A DNA stretch of 64,000 nt, from assembly GCA_000004985.1 (NCBI GenBank), contig GG738922.1; one strand, written 5' to 3'. The DNA is from Naegleria gruberi. Taxonomy: Eukaryota. Positions 30,744-40,712 of this stretch are shown here, in pieces. The translations under genes were made by a program, and so were the position numbers. How positions within the stretch are numbered: the first letter of the stretch is position 1; each line of letters starts with the position of its first letter. The notes under the pieces were generated by a model. That model did no database searches, was not told the DNA's origin, and worked only from the letters and a program-made list of their open reading frames with translations.

Positions 30744-32429
30744 ATGAAAAAACACAAGTCTGTTACTTCATCAAAGAAAAAAGATAAATCATCAAAGGCA
30801 TTGAATAAGGAGGACGATGGTGATCAGTGCCATGCCATTTCATGTGTTCGCTGTCGACGTCTACATAAAAAGTGTAACAAGAAATTGCCTTCTTGTTCAA
30901 AATGTATTTCCGATGGAGTGGAATGTAGTGTATGTTTGGATTAGAATACAAAATTATATAACTGATAATTGTGTTGTGGGACCGATTGTAGTATAGTGCT
31001 CCTTTAAAAAGAGGAAAGGCTTCGGAAACCTATTTGAAAAAAGTAATGAACAAGTCATCACCCTCAGCTGATACTAGTAATACAACAACTGATTTGGAAT
31101 CACCAAGTACAGAGGCAATAATTCCTCAAACTATTCCATTACCACCATCAAATCAAATAATTGAAATTTATTTTACGTTTTTATGTGGTGTTAATCCGCT
31201 GATTGAGAAGGAAAAGCTAAAATATTTCACTAATAATTATTTATTTCAAATTGATGAGGAAAAAATTGAATTGGAAGAAAATGAATGGATAAAATCTAAG
31301 GAGGAAATGAAAAGTGTTCATTGTTTCTACTTGGCCATATCAGCCTATGCTAAGCAAGCAACGGAAGGTTTGGATGAAACGATTTTGAAAAAAGCAGAAA
31401 AAGAATTTGCAATAATGTCAATGGACTATTCAACAGAATTTTATTGGGCCGCCAGTGCACTCATACTTTTAATTGTATATATCGGTGAAGGTAATCTCTA
31501 CAAATTGAATTATTATCTAGCAATTGTTAATTTTTACATTGAGAATAATAAGGATTGTAAGGAACACAAATTTTTCAAACCACTCGAAAGGTATCGCGAT
31601 CAAATTGCAAGCAGATTTAAAAATAATGTTCAGAGCTTGGGAAATACTTTAGAGAGTCTGAGCAAGATATTTTTCCACTCAACCTCAATGAAATTGGAAG
31701 ATTTTCTTTTACCTGGTGTATGGGAGCATATGAAAACTTCCCCAGTAACTCCACAAAATTTTATTCTTTTCAAACAGGTGCTTGATATTATATTTCAAAC
31801 AATGGTGAAATTTAAACAAACAGTGACTGAATCTCTTGTTGATTGTCATAACGAAATATTTTTTCAATCTCAGCGTTTGTACACAACCATTATAACAGAA
31901 GGATATATACTGTTATTCTTGAAACAAATCCAAGAGGTGTCATTCCCTGCAATGGAGGAAATTGCATTGAAAATTACACTACTAACTGAGAATGAATTAT
32001 TCTTGTAAGTATCCACCATTGATTGAATTACTTAACTCAATTTCAAGATATCCAATATTGGTAGTCATTTCACCTATTGTTGAGATAAGCCAATTTCACT
32101 TAGATGTTTGTAAAGAGATTGAACAGGGCAAAAAACCAAGAAAATCTACTATTAAAACATCTTCAGGACAGGTTTTAACCTTTGATTATTTTAACGTGCT
32201 TGAGAAGGATTTACGTGCTATGGAGATGTTAAACAAAAGGTACAAAAGAGTATCTATGTTTCATGGGGAAATGATTTCTGAAATGCGAGATATTATCAAT
32301 AGAAACAAAGATGTTATTTCATATCCAGAAATATTTATGGTACCAATCCCAAATTATCCTCAACATGATGAAATACTTGCCAAACAATTAGAAGAATTTG
32401 AAAATGATGATTTTGATTGGCTACAATAA
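30744..32429 (+). CDS. Zn(II)2Cys6 binuclear-cluster transcription factor with fungal-specific TF (middle homology) region; 3 exons (30744..30929, 31019..32004, 32048..32429)
   Basis: Perfect C-x2-C-x6-C-x6-C-x2-C-x6-C (CVRCRRLHKKCNKKLPSCSKCISDGVEC) after a K/S-rich leader. A GTATGT donor follows ..ECS. An 89-nt intron with phase-0 acceptor gives ..ASETYLKKVMNK..IIEIYFTFLCGVNPLIEKEKL (fungal_trans-like start). The track ORF ends in a GTAAGT donor. A 43-nt intron joins in phase 2 to track ORF 31992..32429. Confidence 0.7.
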
Positions 32430-32740
32430 TTTTTTCTTACTCATTATTTATTGCCTTTTTCTAATAATCTTGCTTTAATTTTAGAATTGTTAGTTTGCCA
32501 TGGTTATTCAACAACAATATCCACAACATTCATCTATTGACCAATTATTTGAATTATTTACGTTCTATTGGTTTTTTCATTCATCCAAGACATTTATTAT
32601 CTCTATTCCCTCCTGTTTTCCTAGTCCTAGCCCATTGTTCACACAGCAAAGGAATCAATAATTCAAGATGATTGCATGATAAAATGCAGCTTACAATTCA
32701 TTTTATTTGAAAAACTTTTTAGAAATTATGTACAAATTGC

Positions 32741-33639
32741 TTATTTCAAAAAGAGTTGGCTATTCTTTTTAACGTATTGCTCAAAAGTCAACAAATCAGG
32801 GAACAACTTTCTTGCTTCTTTTACAGCTTCTTGTTCGTTATCTTGATAGTAACCACATTCATTGAAATAGGTGAACATATTCTTGGCTTCTGAACCCATT
32901 CTTTGTCCAACAGTTTCAGCATCCATTGCAAAGTATTGAGTTGGGATATTTAAAACTTGAGTACAAATATCAGCCATTTCCTTAAGGGTGACATAATCAC
33001 CAGCTGTAAGAATCTTTCTTCCATTATAAGTGGTTGGATTTTTGAATACTTCTGAGACTACAATGCCCAAATCATCAACGGCAAATACTGGAATCTTTCT
33101 GTCAGTATTGATACCAGCAAAGATCATGGCACTAGCTCTGTCTTCATTCAATCTAAACATCATTCCTGGAAGATTATCAGCGAAAAATGGTGGATAAACA
33201 AAGGTCTTGAATGGAATATTAGTTTTTCTTGCTTCTTGCTCAACCTTATTCTTGTTAGTGAAATGAGGAACTGAAATTTTGCCACCAGATGCCTTTGTAA
33301 CATCATCCAAAGAGCTGAAAACAAAATGTTGGACATTATTCTTAACAGCTGCTTCAACTAAATTCAACCCTTCGTGCAATTCCTTTTCGTGATCGGTGGA
33401 TCCAAAACCTCCTGGAGTTGTTAAGCCAAAAACACCATAAGCACCTTTGAATGCTTCTTCGAGTCCATTCTTATCACTCATATTGCATGATACAATTTCA
33501 ACTCCTTGCTCTGAAAGCTCTTTGGCTCTGGCTGACTACAAATTCCTCTCAATTTCCAATCGCCTGCCTTTTGAAGATGTTTAATGACACTTCCTCCTTG
33601 TTTTCCAGTAGCTCCAACGACAACAATTAACTTGCTCAT
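32741..33639 (-). pseudogene. NmrA-like NAD(P)-binding Rossmann protein interrupted by a frameshift (pseudogene or sequence error)
   Basis: ATG at 33637-33639 encodes MSKLIVVVGATGKQGGSVIKHLQKAGDWKLRGI (the NmrA GxxGxxG motif). It runs into a stop at 33478-80. The rest of the family fold (SARAKELSEQGVEIVSCNMSDKNGLEEAFKGAYGVFGLT..., track ORF 32741..33481) is in another frame that opens at 33535. No GT..AG intron fits the about 5-nt junction at 33536-33540. Confidence 0.55.
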
Positions 33640-33780
33640 ATTGTTTTGTTTGTTTTGATTTGTTTTTTTGAATTGGACAATACCCCATTTTGAAGTTTGG
33701 CTTTTATTGAAAACTATTTCATCCGGTTAGTGTCTCTGGCCTACAAATGACCGTATTTCTTCCGTCAGGAATTGCAGAAT

Positions 33781-36708
33781 TTATTCACAATGCATTTCTT
33801 CCAATTCAATTTTAATATGAGGTGCATAGCCTATTATCTTTTGCTTTTCCATACTCATTCTTTGGTGATACAATTGCTGAGTATCATTTTGATCTCTTTG
33901 TTGGTGGAACAGGCAGCAACATTCCACAACAATTGTACGAATACTAGTTAGGGAAGATACTATTTCTTTCATATAATTGGCATTGAGTTCATAAGCAATC
34001 TTTAAGAATCTTAATTTTTTGAATACTTTCAAATGTTCCAATTGTTTTTCTGTTAATTGCTGTCTTTCTAACTTGAGAATTTCCAAACTGTTTGCTCTAA
34101 CCCTAATAGCTTTTGTAATTTCCTCTAAATAATTATTAACTGTTGATCTGCTTGTTGTCAAACATCTCGATCTACAATAAGCTCTCCTATCTATTGAACC
34201 AATGACTAAAACTCTGAGTTTTTCTAATGGGCGTAGTGCTTGCTCTAACAAGGAAGACAAATTCATGTATGTAAAATCTTGATAATAGATGAACAGTTTT
34301 GTCAAATTTTCTGATGGGAATTTGATCATTACATTGAACATTGAGAGGCTTAATGTTAAGCTTTTGAGGTTTGATAATTTTGGTAGAATGTACATTTGAT
34401 CTTCTCCTAACATTTGACTGTGAAGAGATAGTTGGGAAATTTTGCTTGGTTGTGCTGAAATTCCAGAAACAAATGGTATGACATTCTTCATTGTAGAAGT
34501 GAATCCTGAAATGGAAAGCTTCTCAAGGTGAGGGAAGAACAGGGCGCTTCCAAGGAATGATAAATCAATATCATTAGAAGGCGATCCAATATCAAGATTT
34601 GAAAGAAGTACTGTGAGATCAATATCAATTTCCTTGGACATGTGTAATTTTCTCAAGAACATTTCCATTTCATCAAAAGAACACGTATTCGCCTCCACAT
34701 TACGAATTGCCATATCTGATTGTTCTTTTGATACTCCATGAGGAAGGTCCTTGTTAGTAAATATATCACCGTTAATTATTGAGAATCTGTGCAATTCTAA
34801 TAGTGAATTTCCATTTAACCTTAAAACTTTTAAACGACTTGGCATATCGCACTTAATCCAATAATTCAAAGTTCTATTCGTTAAAATTGGATTAGTAAGA
34901 TCCAGATGGGTCAAATTTTTCAAATTTCCAATAATCTCCAATGCATGTATTTCATTCGACTCGTCATGATTAATAACTGTTGAACCATTAACCACATGAG
35001 TCTGGTGATGCGTCAACGAGCAAGCAATCTTTAAACTCTCCAAATTTGGACAACATGTCACTACAAGCTTCATGTTCTCTACAGAAACTGTTGAGACAAC
35101 AAATGCGAGATGTTTCAAATGCGATGGCATCCAGCATCCTTTGTAAAGTTCTTTCTTACTACACTCTTTAAGCAGTGGAATTAAATCGTCATCAAATTGA
35201 GCAAGGAATGTAAATTCCAAGCTCTCAAGATTTTTACAAGCTGCCAAATATTGAACCAATTCTCTTCTCGACTTTTCAACATTTGTACAGTTGGTAATGA
35301 GGTATCTGGTAATACTCTTAGCTTTTAGAGACTTTAAATGTGCGAGTGATTTTGTCTGTTTTAAAAGTTCAAAGAATGCTTGATCTAGATGACAATCTAT
35401 ATCAATCTTTTCCAGCTTGATATCATTCTCCAAAAGCTCCCTCAAGCAAACTTCCTTAATGTCCTCATAGGTAATCAATTCTGAGTTCAGTTTTGAGATT
35501 ATCAACTCGTTCAAATTTGGTAATTTGATTAAATTATGAATAGTTAATCTTTTAAGCTCTTCTCTATCCAAAAGATCATGTTTCACAACAAAAGATGTCT
35601 TGTATAATCTTTCATAGGCAAACGAATATGTACAAAATAAATTACAAGTTGGTCTAATATTCCACAGAACTTCATATTCCTCCAAAAAGGACAAGATGTT
35701 TGTCCACACTTTTAAATTATTCAAAAAACCATCTTTCAAACCTTGCTCCAACTCAAATACACTACTATCATACGTTTGATTAGAAACATGATGTGATTGT
35801 GAATGATTCTTCATAGCTTCCATATCATACGGAACAGAAATTGATTGTTTTACCATGAGTGTGAGCACTGATGTTGTTGGAGAGTTTCTACAATTAATAT
35901 TGGTTGGACAGGATTGAAACATCTTGTAGGGTTGTTTGTTTCTAGTAGTGAGGGGGAAGGCTTTTCGTTGCTTGGAATTGGACTTATCCATAAAATCAGG
36001 AGATGATTCTTCTTGGATCGTTTCTTCATCATTTAAATTACCAATACTTGTTGTAGTACACTTGTTGTTTTGCGGATGATTGGGTATTGCTTTGGTGAAT
36101 TTTAGATTTGTATTCTGTTGTGGTATTTGTTGTTGTTGATGCTTGTTTGTTTCTGATGATAGACAACTATTCTTGTAGGCTTTTGGAGGTTTTGTACAAA
36201 GTAAATCCTTTGAATCTTGTCTTTGGAGAGCAAATCTACCAAATCCCATCGTTCCATTCATTCTATTAGCAACACCTTCTCTCATTGGAGGAAGACAACC
36301 AGGGGAAGATGAATCCTCTTGACTATTTACACTACTAATTCCACTGTATGATGAATCCTCTGCATACTCTTCATTAATATGATGTTCGGAGGAAGAAGAG
36401 GAATGAGGTTCCAATGTTCTACGTAAAAAGGTAGTTGTTGTTTGCTGATTTTGGACATTAAATTTGTTATTATTCGTATCATTGTTGGCTTCACAATTAT
36501 TATTATCGGGTGAGGAAACATAACTACTATCATCATCTGTTGTTGATCCGTGATGATTCACCATAGAGTCGGTACTCTTGAAAGGTGGTTTAATGTTCTT
36601 TTGTTGTTGGTGCTGGGAAGTTATGTCATCATGTTGCTCTTGTTTTTTGTGGGTGAATGATGCTTCCGAAGGGAACTTTTTATTATTTGAAGTGGGCAAT
36701 TGGTTCAT
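33781..36708 (-). CDS. large (975 aa) F-box-like/leucine-rich-repeat protein with Q/N/S-rich N-terminal half
   Basis: ATG at 36708. Low-complexity N-terminal 300 aa. NILSFLEEYEVLWNIRPTCNLFCTYSFA is F-box-like. The C-terminal half has repeated L..L..L..C..L..L LRR segments (LKHLAFVVSTVSVENMKLVVTCCPNLESLKIACS..). Confidence 0.6.
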   Translation of the reverse strand: MNQLPTSNNKKFPSEASFTHKKQEQHDDITSQHQQQKNIKPPFKSTDSMVNHHGSTTDDDSSYVSSPDNNNCEANNDTNNNKFNVQNQQTTTTFLRRTLEPHSSSSSEHHINEEYAEDSSYSGISSVNSQEDSSSPGCLPPMREGVANRMNGTMGFGRFALQRQDSKDLLCTKPPKAYKNSCLSSETNKHQQQQIPQQNTNLKFTKAIPNHPQNNKCTTTSIGNLNDEETIQEESSPDFMDKSNSKQRKAFPLTTRNKQPYKMFQSCPTNINCRNSPTTSVLTLMVKQSISVPYDMEAMKNHSQSHHVSNQTYDSSVFELEQGLKDGFLNNLKVWTNILSFLEEYEVLWNIRPTCNLFCTYSFAYERLYKTSFVVKHDLLDREELKRLTIHNLIKLPNLNELIISKLNSELITYEDIKEVCLRELLENDIKLEKIDIDCHLDQAFFELLKQTKSLAHLKSLKAKSITRYLITNCTNVEKSRRELVQYLAACKNLESLEFTFLAQFDDDLIPLLKECSKKELYKGCWMPSHLKHLAFVVSTVSVENMKLVVTCCPNLESLKIACSLTHHQTHVVNGSTVINHDESNEIHALEIIGNLKNLTHLDLTNPILTNRTLNYWIKCDMPSRLKVLRLNGNSLLELHRFSIINGDIFTNKDLPHGVSKEQSDMAIRNVEANTCSFDEMEMFLRKLHMSKEIDIDLTVLLSNLDIGSPSNDIDLSFLGSALFFPHLEKLSISGFTSTMKNVIPFVSGISAQPSKISQLSLHSQMLGEDQMYILPKLSNLKSLTLSLSMFNVMIKFPSENLTKLFIYYQDFTYMNLSSLLEQALRPLEKLRVLVIGSIDRRAYCRSRCLTTSRSTVNNYLEEITKAIRVRANSLEILKLERQQLTEKQLEHLKVFKKLRFLKIAYELNANYMKEIVSSLTSIRTIVVECCCLFHQQRDQNDTQQLYHQRMSMEKQKIIGYAPHIKIELEEMHCE

Positions 36709-36863
36709 TTCTTGTCCAGCTTACTAATAGCCACACTAGTTGATGATGCTGTTTTATTTGGTAGTAAAAAGCTATGATCTTCAACGTGCACTAAAAAGAG
36801 AGTATATTGTTAGAGGTCTTAAAAAGTAGAAAGTACATAAATGCCAAAAATAATGGTTTGTTA

Positions 36864-36870
36864 AAAAAAG
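36864..36870 (-). terminator. Pol III T-run downstream of tRNA-Trp
   Basis: A7 on the plus strand gives T7 on the minus strand shortly after the tRNA 3' end. Confidence 0.5.
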
Positions 36871-36886
36871 AAGATTTAAAATTGTA

Positions 36887-36957
36887 GGGGGCGAGGGGGA
36901 ATCGAACCCCCGGCCACAGCTTTGGAGGCTGCGATGTTACCATTACACCACCGCCCC
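36887..36957 (-). tRNA. tRNA-Trp (anticodon CCA)
   Basis: The minus strand reads GGGGCGG TG GTGT AATGGTA ACAT C GCAGC CTCCAAA GCTGT GGCC GGGGG TTCGATT CCCCC TCGCCCC C. Cloverleaf with 7-bp acceptor, D and T arms, and anticodon loop CU-CCA-AA. A T7 run lies about 15 nt downstream. Confidence 0.85.
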
Positions 36958-38856
36958 TACACATTAAATTTCAATTAATTCAGTATTATGTATAAAGGAC
37001 TGTGATTTAAATCTATGGAGCAAGAAAACAATCTTTCAAATTTTTGGATGGAGTTTGCAATTGATTCGTAGCATGTTCATTGATAAACTTCCTTTTAACA
37101 GACAACAAACTGGGGGAAGATAATCAGTGGTACTTACATAATTCGCTTGGTTTGTGAAAAAGCATCTGTTGTTTGCATGAAAATCGAAGATACCATCTCT
37201 CGAGATCCAAATGGGAGATTTAACATAGAGATGACTGTCTCCATTTTCTCAATGAAAATGTATGCTACTTACTCATATTAATAGAGATAGCTATCTGTTG
37301 CTTTATTGTGTAACTTTCTTTAATTGTAACATTATGGATTCCACACAAATAAGACAACTGGCGAATTATCTAATTATCTTTTTGAATATTTTGCATCAAA
37401 TCCAATGCAACTTTACAGCCACAACAACCACAACAAAATTGGCTAATGCTACAGAAGAATACAACTCTATACAATGCTTGTCAATAGATGCCAAACTTGT
37501 AAATAAAGTTGCATCATTCAACATCTTGAATCTACAACTCTCTTTTTTGAAAATTATTCACTTGAAATATGTTGACGAGCTGTTAGTGAGGTTTTCAAAC
37601 CAATTTCGAAAGATCTCTCTAATTTGGACTGGGCCCTAAAACAGTATTTTTGAAACTAAACCAGAGATAGTTTACAAATTGTGTAATATTTGGGTGTTAA
37701 TACAAATAGATGTCATATTTACATCCGTCCCTGTCAATCAGCAATACAAAATATTGATACTATAACAGAAATATATTCTGCAAACCATTGTTGTTTGTTG
37801 TGTATTGTTGATAACGTCTCTAACAGCTTGGATGGATTGCATTTATTTGTCTTAAAGTTTCATCAACAGTTCGTCGAATTGTCCACATGCTTTACGAAAA
37901 CACCTTAATATGTTATTAAAAACCTTCAACAAACCTAAAATACTCTCTCGCCAAATTAGAGCTGCACTACAGAAACCTTAATTTAATTTTAATGCTCATA
38001 TTTTGCATCACCAATAACCAAGAGTAGATGCCATCCTTTTTGGACCGTTCTTTTTGCTTCTTCACACTCTCTTTATTTGTTGAATAATTGAGTAGGGACA
38101 AAAAGCATCAACAGACTTTTAAGGAAGGAAAGTTTAATTGTGCTCGGTAAGCATATTTTTTAACAAGTTCAAAGAGGTCAATTCAATGCCTTAACATGTG
38201 CAACGATTTCCCAAAGTTAATACAACATGCATATTTACCAGATTCCAACTAACACTAACCTACGGATCCAAGTGTAGGCATGGTTGAAAAACTGTGTCTT
38301 TTGTTTACAGGAGCCACAATGATCAAATTGTTAGTGTTTGCCTCTCTTGGCAACCAACACGATAGTTGTTTGACTGCCGATAAATAGGTGTTTTTGTTGT
38401 CTAGGTAATCACAAAGCATGAAATCTCCATCACTGATAGGAACAAACATGAAGTTATATTTACGTAAATCGATTCCAGTCGCCTTTTGCGTTTTCTATTC
38501 ATCATCAATCGCTTTACTTTTACGTCACAACTTGCCACCTTATCTCACAACCGTTACGAATAAGACCAAGTTATCAAAATTCTAGCATCATGTTGTTGTG
38601 CCTGTTCCATCTTGAAGGCTTTTAAACATCACAAAAAAAAACAACAACAGAATTAAATCCTCAGCAGAGTATACTTGCTATCTTGATATACTACCTATCT
38701 GCACATTCCTCCTCACCCTCTACAATATTCCACTCACAACAAGACACTCTAATTGCAAGTTGTTTTGCAGGTTTTTCCAACTCCACACTCTTATTTTGAA
38801 AGAATTCAACCTTTCTAATATTACTCACTATTCAATACAATACGATAATCAAGAAG

Positions 38857-40512
38857 ATGGAATCTTTTGCATTGAACACCCAACTTAATGGATATAACAA
38901 TGACAATAATTATGTAGTGTTACAAGAGTCTGATCTTTCAACATTTGATTCAATGCTTTTCAATACCACCACTCCTCCTCAACAAATTTCAGAAGATCAT
39001 TTTCTTACACCTTCTCCATTGCAATCACAACAACATCTCTTTACTCCAAACTCTGCAACTCCTGAAGGTCAACAAATTTTCAATCAATACATGTTTACCT
39101 TCCTTCACCAATTACAATCCCAACAACAAAACAATACATGTGTAAACTACCATATGCCAGTCTTTGATGCATGCCAACGATCTCAACAAGAATTGTTTGA
39201 CCCAGCCACATTTAATTTAAATGGTGATACCATGTTACGTTTAGACTCTGAAGAAATATTTCTTAATGAAGAAGATGTCACTGTCAACCAAAATATACAA
39301 CATAATTTCGATTTCAATGAAAATCACCTCAATTTAGATTCCAAACCAATTATGCCTCACCAACTCCAAAATAATCAACATAGCTTTCTTTCCCCACCAT
39401 TTAATCACCACTTTATCAATGAATCGAATGCTATTGGCACTCCTTCTGATTTGAAGGAAGAAGAATTCTTCTCTGGTTTTATTCCAGAGATGTATCATGC
39501 TGATGTTGATGTCATACCAAAGAATGAAACTTGCGGTTCTCCTTTGAGTTCCTCTTCAGCATCAAACTCGGCAGCCAATAGCATCAATAACAGTAGCACC
39601 AATAATGTAAATAACACATCCAACAATAATTCAAACAATTTGGGACCAATTATTCAAGTACCAGGTCTTACCTCTAATTTCTCACCTAAAGAAGCAACTC
39701 TTTCTTCATGGTTCAACAGTATTTCAAAACTGCCCGAAAGCAGTATTGTGTTAAAATGTGATCCATACGGATTTACTGAAAATAATGGTACATGTAGACC
39801 AAGAGGTTCTCAATACTCAGTATTTGTCAATGACAATATTCGTATTGACTTTTCCTTCAAGATTCCAAGCAATCTTGATTTATATTTCGAGCAAGATGGT
39901 GTCAACAAATCAATCTTTGATTTATTCATTGAAGAATGCAAGTTTGAATTATGTTCCTTCTTGGATGACGATGACACAAACACTGAGGTTGTTATTGAAA
40001 GCAGCGAGTCCATTTCAAATATCAAAAAGACTGATGATCTCATTCAAATATCATTGACTACAGTCATTAAGCGAGATACAAACAATAAGAGAGCCTCAAG
40101 ATCAAAGGCCAAGCCAACCACTGAAGAAAAGAAGGGAAGAAAGAAAAAGAAGAATGAATCTTGTGCATCAAAAAAGGTTTGCTTTTTGAGAATAGTTACT
40201 CCTGATTCAAGTTTTGTACTTGTCAGAAGTGATAATCTCTGGGTCAGATCCAAGACAAGACAAGAAATGGAAAGAAAGAAGGATAGAGCTATGGCTCAAA
40301 AGAGAAAGAAGGAAGAATCCAAACCAGTTGAAGATTATCAAGAGGAAAAGGAGTCTCCAAAAAAAAAGAAGAAGACTTCTTCAAAATCGAAATCCAAAAA
40401 GTCCAAATCCAAGTCCCAAACAGTCAATAGTTTTTCCTATGAACAAAGCCCATTGAAAGGAGGTGCCAACAGTGCAACCTATGGTGTTGTGTTTAATCTT
40501 GATTCAATGTAA
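38857..40512 (+). CDS. Q/N-rich and K/S-rich hypothetical protein (possible nuclear regulator)
   Basis: ATG in the aagaagATGg context. 551-aa continuous ORF with a Q-rich N-terminus, central globular region, and a K/R/S-rich basic C-terminus (KKGRKKKKNE.., SKSKSKKSKSKSQ). Confidence 0.5.
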   Translation: MESFALNTQLNGYNNDNNYVVLQESDLSTFDSMLFNTTTPPQQISEDHFLTPSPLQSQQHLFTPNSATPEGQQIFNQYMFTFLHQLQSQQQNNTCVNYHMPVFDACQRSQQELFDPATFNLNGDTMLRLDSEEIFLNEEDVTVNQNIQHNFDFNENHLNLDSKPIMPHQLQNNQHSFLSPPFNHHFINESNAIGTPSDLKEEEFFSGFIPEMYHADVDVIPKNETCGSPLSSSSASNSAANSINNSSTNNVNNTSNNNSNNLGPIIQVPGLTSNFSPKEATLSSWFNSISKLPESSIVLKCDPYGFTENNGTCRPRGSQYSVFVNDNIRIDFSFKIPSNLDLYFEQDGVNKSIFDLFIEECKFELCSFLDDDDTNTEVVIESSESISNIKKTDDLIQISLTTVIKRDTNNKRASRSKAKPTTEEKKGRKKKKNESCASKKVCFLRIVTPDSSFVLVRSDNLWVRSKTRQEMERKKDRAMAQKRKKEESKPVEDYQEEKESPKKKKKTSSKSKSKKSKSKSQTVNSFSYEQSPLKGGANSATYGVVFNLDSM

Positions 40513-40712
40513 TTTGAATATAAACTCAATAAATTGTCTCATTGGTTTCAATTAATTTATTTTCTGCAATGTTTCTATTATTCTTATTATCGTTCAGAAT
40601 TGAAACAATTATGACAGTACTTAGAGATTTGAACAACCTTTGAGACCTTACCGTTGCACTGTAAATTTTGGCGCCCAATGTTCTACTGATTAAATTTTCA
40701 AATTTAAAAAAA

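Noticed and set aside
37262-38449. Track ORFs 37262..37639, 37690..37908 and 38255..38449 in the long spacer
   Set aside because: Short, no start context, atypical composition (Cys/Phe/Leu-rich from AT bias) and no motifs. Treated as non-coding.
40668-40712. N-terminal extensions implied by track starts at 40668, 29188, 53438, 25999, 7695, 19107, 3993 and 6170
   Set aside because: These 'M's are TTG/GTG codons. The nearest in-frame ATG, each with an A-run leader, or a splice junction, was used instead.
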